Source of the DNA: Limnohabitans sp.
GTDB taxonomy: Bacteria; Pseudomonadota; Gammaproteobacteria; Burkholderiales; Burkholderiaceae_C
Length of the DNA: 49,943 nucleotides
Direction of reading: 5' to 3'
Assembly: GCA_023255445.1 (NCBI GenBank)
Contig: JALRIL010000049.1
Coordinates: forward strand, 1-49,943
Numbering within the stretch: position 1 is the stretch's first letter; every line of letters starts with the position of its first letter. Below are positions 31,312-40,546 of this stretch, in pieces. The notes under the pieces were generated by a model. The model did no database searches and was not told where the DNA came from. It saw only the letters and a program-made list of their open reading frames with translations. Both the position numbers and the translations under genes were made by a program.

Positions 31312-31318
31312 TCACAAC

Positions 31319-31672
31319 ATGCAAACCCTTCGCAACGCCCGTTTTCTGGTACGCCTTGTTCTGGCGTGGATGGTGCTGTTCGTGGGTGTTGCGGTGGCTT
31401 CGCCGCTGGTCAAGCCCGTTACGCTGGAGGTGGTGTGCTCGGCCTCAGCGGGAACGCACATTGTGGTGGTGGCCGATGACGGCGCTCAACCCGATAACGA
31501 CACCGGCATGCACTGCCCCTTGTGCCTGCCCATGTCAGCGCCACCTGCTGCGGTGCTGAACTTGCCTGCTGCACAAACCGGGCTGTCTTACGCCCTGCAT
31601 CCGCTGGAGTCGGCCAGGCTGCAAAGCCTTGTGGGTCAACCCTGGCAAGCCCGCGCACCTCCGCGCGGCTGA
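31319..31672 (+). CDS. DUF2946-family (CruR/CutF-like) leader protein
   Basis: Signal/TM segment, VC, HCPLC, C-terminal QARAPP; upstream of a copper chaperone. Confidence 0.82.
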   Translation: MQTLRNARFLVRLVLAWMVLFVGVAVASPLVKPVTLEVVCSASAGTHIVVVADDGAQPDNDTGMHCPLCLPMSAPPAAVLNLPAAQTGLSYALHPLESARLQSLVGQPWQARAPPRG

Positions 31673-31796
31673 TCCTCCCTTTTTTCGCTACTGGTTCGTT
31701 GCCATTTCGGTAACGCGCGCGTACGCATCTGGTTTATCCATCCCGAGGGGCAACCCTCACCCTGTGTTTTCTGATTTTTTTACCAAGGAGTGATCC

Positions 31797-32282
31797 ATGA
31801 AAAATGCGCTTTCTGTTCTTTCTTTGTCTTTGTTGGCCAGTCTGGCCCACGCCCAAGTGACCGTCAGTGAGGCCTGGGTGCGCGCCACCGTGGCACAACA
31901 AAAAGCCACCGGTGCTTTTATGCAGCTGGAGTCCAAGCAAGACGCCAAGCTCTTGTCTGTTCAATCCCCGGTGGCGGGGGTGGCCGAGGTGCATGAAATG
32001 GCAATGGACAACGGCATCATGAAAATGCGCCCGGTCCCGTTCCTGACCCTGCCTGCGGGCAAGGCCGTGGAGCTCAAACCTGGCGGCTACCACGTGATGC
32101 TGATGGACCTCAAGGCCCAAGTCAAAGACGGCGACATGGTGCCCTTGACTCTGGTGGTCGAAGCCCAGGACGGCAAGCGCCAGAGCCTGGACCTTAAGCT
32201 GCCTGTGCGTTTGATGAACAAGCCAACCACGGGACAGGCTGCGCCCATGGGTGGCCACATGCATGGCGAGCACAAGCACTGA
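31797..32282 (+). CDS. Periplasmic copper chaperone PCu(A)C
   Basis: Signal peptide; AWVRA, EVHEM...MKM...PGGYHVML; His/Met-rich tail GGHMHGEHKH. Confidence 0.92.
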   Translation: MKNALSVLSLSLLASLAHAQVTVSEAWVRATVAQQKATGAFMQLESKQDAKLLSVQSPVAGVAEVHEMAMDNGIMKMRPVPFLTLPAGKAVELKPGGYHVMLMDLKAQVKDGDMVPLTLVVEAQDGKRQSLDLKLPVRLMNKPTTGQAAPMGGHMHGEHKH

Positions 32283-32358
32283 AAAGTCGGGGCTTGTTGT
32301 CAGCCAGCCATCAGCCCGCGTCTGTTTTAATCCGCTCTGATGGCACAAGGAGACTCCC

Positions 32359-33057
32359 ATGAGCGACGCATCGGCTTTTGGCTTTGGCAAGTTCATTCCC
32401 GGTTTTGACTTTTTGCAAAACCTGGCTCAGTCCGCAGGCAAGGCGCAACCTGGGGCGGCGCCGTCCTGGGTGGCGCCTACGCTGAGTGTGGAAGAGCTGG
32501 ACAAACGCATTCAGGACTTGAAGGCGGTGCAGTTCTGGCTGGAACAAAACGTGACCACGCTCAAGGCTACGATTCAGGCGATGGAAGTGCAAAAGATGAC
32601 GCTGGCCACCTTGCAGGGCATGAACGTCAACATGGCCGATCTGGCCAAGGCCTTTGCCGCCAAGCCCGAAACTGCTGCGCCTGCGGCCGCAACCCCGGCC
32701 TCCGAGCCACAGGCGGCTGCTCAGGCCGAGCCCGAGCCCGAGCCTGCGGGCACAACCGAAGAGCCCAAGAAAGCCACGCGTCAATCCAAAGCCAAGGCGG
32801 CCGATAAACCCATGGTCGACCCGATGGCCTGGTGGGGTTCGCTGTCGCAGCAGTTTCAGAACATAGCCGCCAGCGCCATGAAAGATGTGGCCGCGGAAGC
32901 CATGAAGGCCCAAGCCAGCGCCGGGCCTGCTGCGGCAGAGCCAGCAGCAGCCAACCAGCCTGCACGCAATGCAGCTGCAAAAAACACAGCAGCCAAAAAA
33001 ACAGCGGCCAAAAAAGCCGCTGCCAAAAAACCTGCCGCCAAGAAGGCAGCCAAGTAA
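32359..33057 (+). CDS. phaM: PhaM-family PHA granule/nucleoid-binding protein
   Basis: PTLSVEELDKRIQDLKAVQFWLEQN...ATIQAMEVQKMTLATL, DPMAWWGSL, C-terminal AAKK repeats. Confidence 0.8.
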   Translation: MSDASAFGFGKFIPGFDFLQNLAQSAGKAQPGAAPSWVAPTLSVEELDKRIQDLKAVQFWLEQNVTTLKATIQAMEVQKMTLATLQGMNVNMADLAKAFAAKPETAAPAAATPASEPQAAAQAEPEPEPAGTTEEPKKATRQSKAKAADKPMVDPMAWWGSLSQQFQNIAASAMKDVAAEAMKAQASAGPAAAEPAAANQPARNAAAKNTAAKKTAAKKAAAKKPAAKKAAK

Positions 33058-33069
33058 AACGATCGGGCG

Positions 33070-35146
<2,077 letters not shown>

Positions 35147-35186
35147 GGGCGGCATCTTAGGGCAAGCGGGCTTAAAGCGCTGTGTC

Positions 35187-35228
35187 TTGAAAAAGTTATT
35201 TCAATGTAATAACATTGCTGGCATTGAA
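35187..35228 (+). promoter_or_regulatory. Toxin-antitoxin promoter with overlapping palindromic operators
   Basis: -35 TTGAAA (35187-92), 17 bp, -10 TAACAT (35210-15). Palindromes TTGAAA-N6-TTTCAA, CAATGT-N4-ACATTG and TTCAATG...CATTGAA. Confidence 0.65.
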
Positions 35229-35241
35229 CAGGAGCCATGCC

Positions 35242-35490
35242 ATGCACGTCACCATTCGCCCATTTGGTAATTCCAGAGGGGTCATCATCCCTAAACCCTT
35301 GCTGGCCCAGGTGGGCCTGCAAGACGAAGCCGAAATTGAAGTGCGCGACGGCGCACTGGTGCTGCGCCCGCTGCAGGCGCCAGCCCGCCAAGGCTGGGCC
35401 CAAGCGGCGAAAGCCATTGCCGCTACCGGGCAAGATGCACAGGTGCTGGGCGATCACCCCCTGGCGGACGAGAGCGAGTGGCAATGGTGA
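35242..35490 (+). CDS. AbrB/MazE-family antitoxin
   Basis: IRPFGNSRGVIIPK AbrB fold, RQGW, C-terminal EWQW; overlaps the toxin start. Confidence 0.9.
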   Translation: MHVTIRPFGNSRGVIIPKPLLAQVGLQDEAEIEVRDGALVLRPLQAPARQGWAQAAKAIAATGQDAQVLGDHPLADESEWQW

Positions 35491-35804
35491 AGCGCGGCGA
35501 AATCTGGCTCATCAACCTGGACCCCACCGTGGGCAGCGAGATTCGTAAGACGCGCCCATGCGTGGTGGTCTCGCCCGTGGAGATGAATGAACACCTGCGC
35601 ACCGTCATCGTGGCGCCCATGACATCCCAAGGCTTTGAGGCGCCCTTTCGCCCGGCGCTGACGTTTCAGGGCACCAGCGGACGCATCTTGCTGGACCAGA
35701 TCCGCACGGTGGACAAAGCCCGCTTGGTCAAGAAGCTGGGAACACTGACTGCGCAGACGCACCAGAAGGTGATGAATACGCTGCAGGAGGTGTTTGCCAT
35801 TTGA
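35484..35804 (+). CDS. PemK/MazF-family endoribonuclease toxin
   Basis: RGEIWLINLDPTVGSEIRKTRPCVVVS, VAPMTS, LDQIRTVDKARL. Confidence 0.93.
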   Translation: MVKRGEIWLINLDPTVGSEIRKTRPCVVVSPVEMNEHLRTVIVAPMTSQGFEAPFRPALTFQGTSGRILLDQIRTVDKARLVKKLGTLTAQTHQKVMNTLQEVFAI

Positions 35805-35815
35805 GGCCAGCATGC

Positions 35816-35917
35816 GTCCCGGTCAGAGCGCATTTCCCAATCGACTAGACTCCCGTCTGTTCCGGGGTGTCACTTGCACTGGTTCCGGTCAGAGCGCATT
35901 TCCCAATCGACTAGACT
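35816..35917 (+). CRISPR. Minimal type II-C CRISPR array: two 36-nt repeats, one 30-nt spacer
   Basis: Repeat GTTCCGGTCAGAGCGCATTTCCCAATCGACTAGACT at 35882-35917 and a one-mismatch copy at 35816-35851. Spacer CCCGTCTGTTCCGGGGTGTCACTTGCACTG (35852-35881). Plus-strand orientation inferred from tracrRNA complementarity. Confidence 0.92.
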
Positions 35918-35928
35918 CGAATCGCGTT

Positions 35929-35955
35929 AACCCTTTGTTCTGCAAAGAGTTTTTG
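35929..35955 (+). terminator. Putative intrinsic terminator after the array, within the leader
   Basis: AACCCTTTG-ttctg-CAAAGAGTT stem followed by a T-rich tail. Confidence 0.45.
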
Positions 35956-35984
35956 TCTTTCGAGGCTTCTCAAAATCCGCGCCA

Positions 35985-36335
35985 TCAGCCAAAAAGATCG
36001 AATTGATCGGGTGTTTTTTTCGGAGGCTGCGCCTTGCGCCCCTGAAAACTGATCACCCGCTCGTATTGCTTGTCGGTCAGTTGCATGATGTTGACCTGCC
36101 CACCGTTGGGTAATGCTGCCTCAACCCTTTGGCAATAGGTCTGCACCTGCGCCGCGCTGGTGCAAAAACGCATGTACACGCTCAGCTGACAGCGCAGAAA
36201 GCCCATGTCCAGCAGGCTGTGCCTGAACTGGTTGGCCGCCAGCCGCTCAGGGGCGGTGACCACAGGCAAATCAAACATCACCAGCATCCACATGATTCGG
36301 TAGCCACTGAGGGATGTTTTGACCCGGCGACTCAT
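35985..36335 (-). CDS. cas2: CRISPR-associated endonuclease Cas2
   Basis: LSGYRIMWMLVMFDLPV...FRHSLLDMGF...QLSVYMR, TDKQY. Confidence 0.95.
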   Translation of the reverse strand: MSRRVKTSLSGYRIMWMLVMFDLPVVTAPERLAANQFRHSLLDMGFLRCQLSVYMRFCTSAAQVQTYCQRVEAALPNGGQVNIMQLTDKQYERVISFQGRKAQPPKKTPDQFDLFG

Positions 36336-37258
36336 TCGTCATCAGGTTCTGTGTGGCGTTGGGGCACGCCGGGATGCGGCAGTTCCAGCTTGTCGCGTTC
36401 GCCCACCATGACCTGCGCCAGCGAGGTGGCCAGTTTTTGCACCGCCACCAGCACAGGGGTGGTGCCCGCATCCGCCTTCAAGTCCTGGTAGAGGCTTTGC
36501 ACCAGTGCCCGCTTGGTGTCGGCGTTGACCACGCAGGGGCCTTGGCTTTGCAGTTGCCAGACGGTCCAGTCAATGACCGGGCGAAAGGGCTCCATCACAT
36601 CGTCCACCAGGCGCATGGCGTTGTTGTCGTGGCTGTGGTGCAGGCCCAGGCTGGGGTGCAAACCTGCGGCCACGACCGCCCGCGCTGTGGCGGCTCGCAA
36701 GACGGTGTAGCCGTAGTTGAGCAGGGCGTTCACCCCGTCAGCCTGCTGGTCACGCCTGAACAGCGGCCCCATGAGCAGGCCCCAGTACTTGCGGGCGCCT
36801 TGGGCTTCGGCGTTTTCCGGGTCGCCGCTCTTGACCTGCCGGGCCAGCTGGCGCAGCGGCGCATCCGGGGCGCCGGTGGCGGCCAGCACGGCCGCCTGGT
36901 TGAGCAACTTGGCTTTGACGATGGCGGCCCACAGCCGTTTGCGGGTGGGCAGGCTGCAGGCAATTTGCGCTTCAATGCGGTGGGCCTGCTGGTGGTGGCC
37001 CTCTGCAGGCCAGAGCATGCCCACCACGTTGTGGTTGGCCGCGCACAACACCATGGGCACGCCGCGCTCGGCCAGCGCCACCAGCAGGTTGTTGGTGTAG
37101 CTCAGACCATGGGCATTGGCGATCAGGGCGCTCATGTCGTCCAGCGCCACACGCCCGACTTCTTGCCGGTCTTCACCGGTGCTGTGCACCAGCATGAAGC
37201 CCCGGTACATCGACAGGTGGCGCTTGTTGTTGGAGACTTCAACAATGCGGCCCAACAT
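36332..37258 (-). CDS. cas1: CRISPR-associated endonuclease Cas1 (type II)
   Basis: ENAEAQGARKYW, NALLNYGYTVLR, GLHH, LVDDVMEPFRP. Confidence 0.96.
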   Translation of the reverse strand: MLGRIVEVSNNKRHLSMYRGFMLVHSTGEDRQEVGRVALDDMSALIANAHGLSYTNNLLVALAERGVPMVLCAANHNVVGMLWPAEGHHQQAHRIEAQIACSLPTRKRLWAAIVKAKLLNQAAVLAATGAPDAPLRQLARQVKSGDPENAEAQGARKYWGLLMGPLFRRDQQADGVNALLNYGYTVLRAATARAVVAAGLHPSLGLHHSHDNNAMRLVDDVMEPFRPVIDWTVWQLQSQGPCVVNADTKRALVQSLYQDLKADAGTTPVLVAVQKLATSLAQVMVGERDKLELPHPGVPQRHTEPDDE

Positions 37259-37307
37259 CTGGAAGATCTGTTAATTGGTTGGTAGATGCGCTTGCATGGG
37301 CAATGAT

Positions 37308-40300
37308 TCAGTTGCGAAATCCAGGGTCGCGCAATTCGCCGATGGGGGAAATGCTGACGTGGCGGCCATTGGCTTTTTGGAGGGAACCAGCCATCTTTGA
37401 CACGTAACCGAACGCATCGTTTTTGTCGCGATTACGAGCGTCCACGTTCGCTTCATTGTGTGGCGCCATGAACATTTGTCCATTGCCGCTGATGGTGGCA
37501 ATTCTCCCCACCATGGACATGGTTTCCGTCAAGTTCAGTTTGACCATGTCATCAATCATCAACCGCATCACCAGCGGCTTGCCACTGCAACTGAGCGTGG
37601 GGTGACGCAGGCGTTTGACCCCACCCCGGCGCACCAGTTGGTAGGCCTCGAAGGTGGAGATGACCTCACCCTCCCATTTGCCTTTGTCGTTGCGGACGAT
37701 TTCGATGCAGTAATTGCTGTCGCCCTTGTAGCCTTTGTAGGGGCGCGGCTGGCCATCGGGCAGCAGGCCGTGGCGCGCGCTGGCTTGGGCGTCGGCAAAG
37801 GGAATGACCTTGAGGGTGCTTTCTTCGCGCACACGCAGGCCATCGACCACCTTGCGCACCTGCACGCGGTCGTTGCCCAGCAGGCCGTAGGCGGTGTCGT
37901 TGTGCATGGCCCCCTCATGCCCGTGGTCGGGTTTGTGGCTGACCCAGATGTTGTGGATGGCCCGCTGCACATGCTCGCGGTAGCTGGCCCAGGGCAGTGG
38001 CATGGTGTCCACCAGTTTGTTCAGTTGCCGTTCGCGTGCGCTGGCACTGGCGCTGGCAAAGCGCTGCAGCATGCCTTGGTCGGTCACGGCGATCACGCAG
38101 GCGTCGACCGCGTGGTGGCGGTGGTCGTTGCGGTTTTTCTCGCCATCCAGACCCAGGATGGCGTTCAAGCCAAATTTGGCGCGCAGCATGGCCGTCATTT
38201 GCCCCGGAATGGCGCGAGTGTTTTGAGGGCAAATGAGGCTGAGGTATTCCTTGGCCACGCGGCTGAGGTGGCGTGTGTCGTTGAGGGCTCGGGCCAGAAA
38301 GCCTTTGTCTTCGCGCAACCATTGGGCATAGCCGTTTTCGCCAAAACGGTAACGCTTGTTTTTGGGCATCAGCTCGGCGCGGGCCAACATATCGGCGGTG
38401 CCCCAACCTTGGGCGGCAAAGTCGTCTTTAGCTTGCCAGGGCGTGCGGTTGCCTTTGATGCGGTTGGCTTGGCGCATGGCCACAGTCTTGTTGTTGAGGC
38501 TGTCGTCCAGCGTTTGTGAAAAAGGCAGGATGTGCTCGATTTCCACCTGGTCCGAGAACAGCATGTCCGCACTGATTTGCACACCGCTGTACGGGCAGCG
38601 GCGATCGGCGGCGTTTCCACTGAGTTCTTCCCACAGGATCATTTTGTGCAGGTCGGTGGTTCTGACCCGCTCCGGGCTGGTGTTCAACAGGCCCGCGATT
38701 TGCACGCGCATGCGCTCGTTGCGGCGCTGGTTGTCGGCCTGGCGTTTTTGGTCTTCCTTGCGCTGCTCCTGGCTTTGCTTGAGGTCACGGGCGACTTCGA
38801 CAATGACTTCGCTGGGGTGACCATAGCGCTTGATGAGCGCATTGACCACGGTGCGGACCTGGTTGAGGCCAATGTGCACGGTGGGGTTGGCGATCTTGCC
38901 GTAGCGCTTTTCGGGCGGGTCTTCGGGCTTGCCACTGCCGAAGCTCACATGGCGCTGCAGGTACTCGCCGTAATAGGGCAGCTCGGGCAAGATTTCGCCG
39001 GTGGCGGCATGGCTGATGTGGCTGTGGTGGTCAAAGCCTGCGGCGATCACGGCTTTGTCGTAGGTGATGACCTCGGCCTGCAAAGCGGGAAGGATGCTGC
39101 CCAGCGCCTTGGCTGACAAACTACCGTAGCCCTCGGGCAAAGGGGCGTTGGCGATGCGCTCGGCGGTGATCTCGTCCACGCCTGTGTGCGCTTGCAGCCA
39201 TTGAATCAACGTGGCTTCGTTTTCTTCGGTGAGCAGCTGCATGACGATGCGGTCTTGCTGCGCAGCGTCCATGCCGCCCCAAGCGACGCCAAAGTGCTCT
39301 TTCTTGCTCAAGGTAGTGCTGCTGGCGTTGCCTTTGAGTTCTGTGCGTTTGTCGTCTTCGAGGTTGAACTGGCCAGAAAAGCCCAGCAGTTTTTTGATCT
39401 GGGCAAAGGTGACTTTGGGCTTGGTTTCCAGCGCCTGCACGATCTGGTCGCGTTGGGCTGGGGTGAGTGGCGCTTCGCTCAAACCTTCGCCGATCAGGCG
39501 CAGGTGGTTGACCTCTTGGTAGATGCGAAAGCGCTGCTGGCTGGGCAGCGCCAGCGGTGCGCGCTCTTCTTCGGGCATGAGCGTGCAGCGGCCCGGCTTG
39601 ACAGGGCGCAAGGGGCGCTGGTGCAACAAACAGTCTTTGAGTTCGGCGCGCGCGGTGTCGTGGAATTGCGCGGGGTTGAGTTCGGCCTGTTTGGCCCATA
39701 GGGCGTCGAACTCGGCCTCGATCATGGCGCGGTCAATATAGAGGTCGTAGCTCTTTTCGATTTTGGTTTTGCCATCGTCGCGGGTGATGCGGCGTTCGCG
39801 GTAACGCGCGCGAATCGGCTCGCCCTTGTGGTGGCGGGCATACAGCCACTCGCCCACGGTGCGGCAGCCCGTGGCCTGCATGGCTTCGCGCAATTGCCCA
39901 ATGGCTTTCTTGAGCGCGCTGCTGTCGCTTTCCTTTTTGTCGGTTTTGCGGTTGCTCTTGAAGCCCCGGCGCTGGTTGATGTGGAACAAGGCGCGGGCAA
40001 ACTCGGGCGGCGTCAGGGCGTGGTCTAAACCCTTAGCACGTAGCGCCAAAGGCTCCAACCGTTCCAAGGCTTTGCGGGCGGCTTCGTCTTGCGGGAAAAA
40101 ACCGTGCGTCAAAAGCGTTTTCATCATGCGTGCTTTGCGCTTGAGCAATCGGTCGCGGCGGCGGCGCATGGCACGTTTTTCTCTTCGGCTTGCTGCCAGC
40201 GAGGTGCCCAGCTCTCCTTTCCTTGCAGGCTCTCGCCCATCGCTGAAGATGCGCACCCCAGCTTTGACCACCGCGCAAGGCTCGTTTGCGCTGCTCAATC

Positions 40301-40367
40301 TCAACATGGCCCAGCCCAAAGAGGTGGAACCCAAATCCAACGCTAAGCGATAGTGCATTTTGTCCAT
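37308..40367 (-). CDS. cas9: Type II-C Cas9, 1019 aa
   Basis: RuvC-I LALDLGSTSLGW, Arg-rich bridge helix, RRGFKSNRK, IANPTVH, RuvC-II VEVARDL, HNH EIEHILPFS...NNK...NRIKGNRTP, RuvC-III DHRHHAVDA; no csn2 or cas4 in the locus. Confidence 0.97.
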   Translation of the reverse strand: MDKMHYRLALDLGSTSLGWAMLRLSSANEPCAVVKAGVRIFSDGREPARKGELGTSLAASRREKRAMRRRRDRLLKRKARMMKTLLTHGFFPQDEAARKALERLEPLALRAKGLDHALTPPEFARALFHINQRRGFKSNRKTDKKESDSSALKKAIGQLREAMQATGCRTVGEWLYARHHKGEPIRARYRERRITRDDGKTKIEKSYDLYIDRAMIEAEFDALWAKQAELNPAQFHDTARAELKDCLLHQRPLRPVKPGRCTLMPEEERAPLALPSQQRFRIYQEVNHLRLIGEGLSEAPLTPAQRDQIVQALETKPKVTFAQIKKLLGFSGQFNLEDDKRTELKGNASSTTLSKKEHFGVAWGGMDAAQQDRIVMQLLTEENEATLIQWLQAHTGVDEITAERIANAPLPEGYGSLSAKALGSILPALQAEVITYDKAVIAAGFDHHSHISHAATGEILPELPYYGEYLQRHVSFGSGKPEDPPEKRYGKIANPTVHIGLNQVRTVVNALIKRYGHPSEVIVEVARDLKQSQEQRKEDQKRQADNQRRNERMRVQIAGLLNTSPERVRTTDLHKMILWEELSGNAADRRCPYSGVQISADMLFSDQVEIEHILPFSQTLDDSLNNKTVAMRQANRIKGNRTPWQAKDDFAAQGWGTADMLARAELMPKNKRYRFGENGYAQWLREDKGFLARALNDTRHLSRVAKEYLSLICPQNTRAIPGQMTAMLRAKFGLNAILGLDGEKNRNDHRHHAVDACVIAVTDQGMLQRFASASASARERQLNKLVDTMPLPWASYREHVQRAIHNIWVSHKPDHGHEGAMHNDTAYGLLGNDRVQVRKVVDGLRVREESTLKVIPFADAQASARHGLLPDGQPRPYKGYKGDSNYCIEIVRNDKGKWEGEVISTFEAYQLVRRGGVKRLRHPTLSCSGKPLVMRLMIDDMVKLNLTETMSMVGRIATISGNGQMFMAPHNEANVDARNRDKNDAFGYVSKMAGSLQKANGRHVSISPIGELRDPGFRN

Positions 40368-40422
40368 CTGTCACTCCCATATTTTGGTTTTTGGTTTGAT
40401 TGCATTGTGCTATATTTGGTAA

Positions 40423-40512
40423 ACATATTCGATTGGGAAATGCGCTCTGGACGCTAACAAGCAGAAAGATGCACCAAATGGAAAGGCCGCTACATGCGGC
40501 CTTTCGTCTTTT
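40423..40512 (+). ncRNA. tracrRNA
   Basis: 21-nt exact anti-repeat TCGATTGGGAAATGCGCTCTG (40429-40449), extended -10 TGC-TATATT (40408-40416), 3' hairpin and T tract. Ends approximate. Confidence 0.88.
40481..40512 (+). terminator. tracrRNA terminator hairpin
   Basis: GAAAGGCCGC-tacat-GCGGCCTTTC then GTCTTTT. Confidence 0.8.
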
Positions 40513-40546
40513 GGGGCCGGTTTACCCTAATCATTAAAATCCCCCC

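Noticed and set aside
35211-35246. Toxin-derived guide targeting the TA promoter
   Set aside because: The best match is 7 nt (TGCTGGC) with mismatches at the PAM-proximal positions.
35794-36006. 70-aa ORF across the CRISPR array
   Set aside because: It is a translation of the repeats (duplicated GQSAFPNRLDS) with no independent coding evidence.
38500-38560. Inactivated HNH domain in Cas9 (EH instead of DH)
   Set aside because: The change is conservative and the catalytic His and downstream Asn residues are present; no basis for calling it dead.
40351-40380. Spacer targeting the cas9 start region for autorepression
   Set aside because: Only 6-7 nt matches (TGCACT and TGTCACT), on opposite strands and not forming a contiguous seed; expected by chance.
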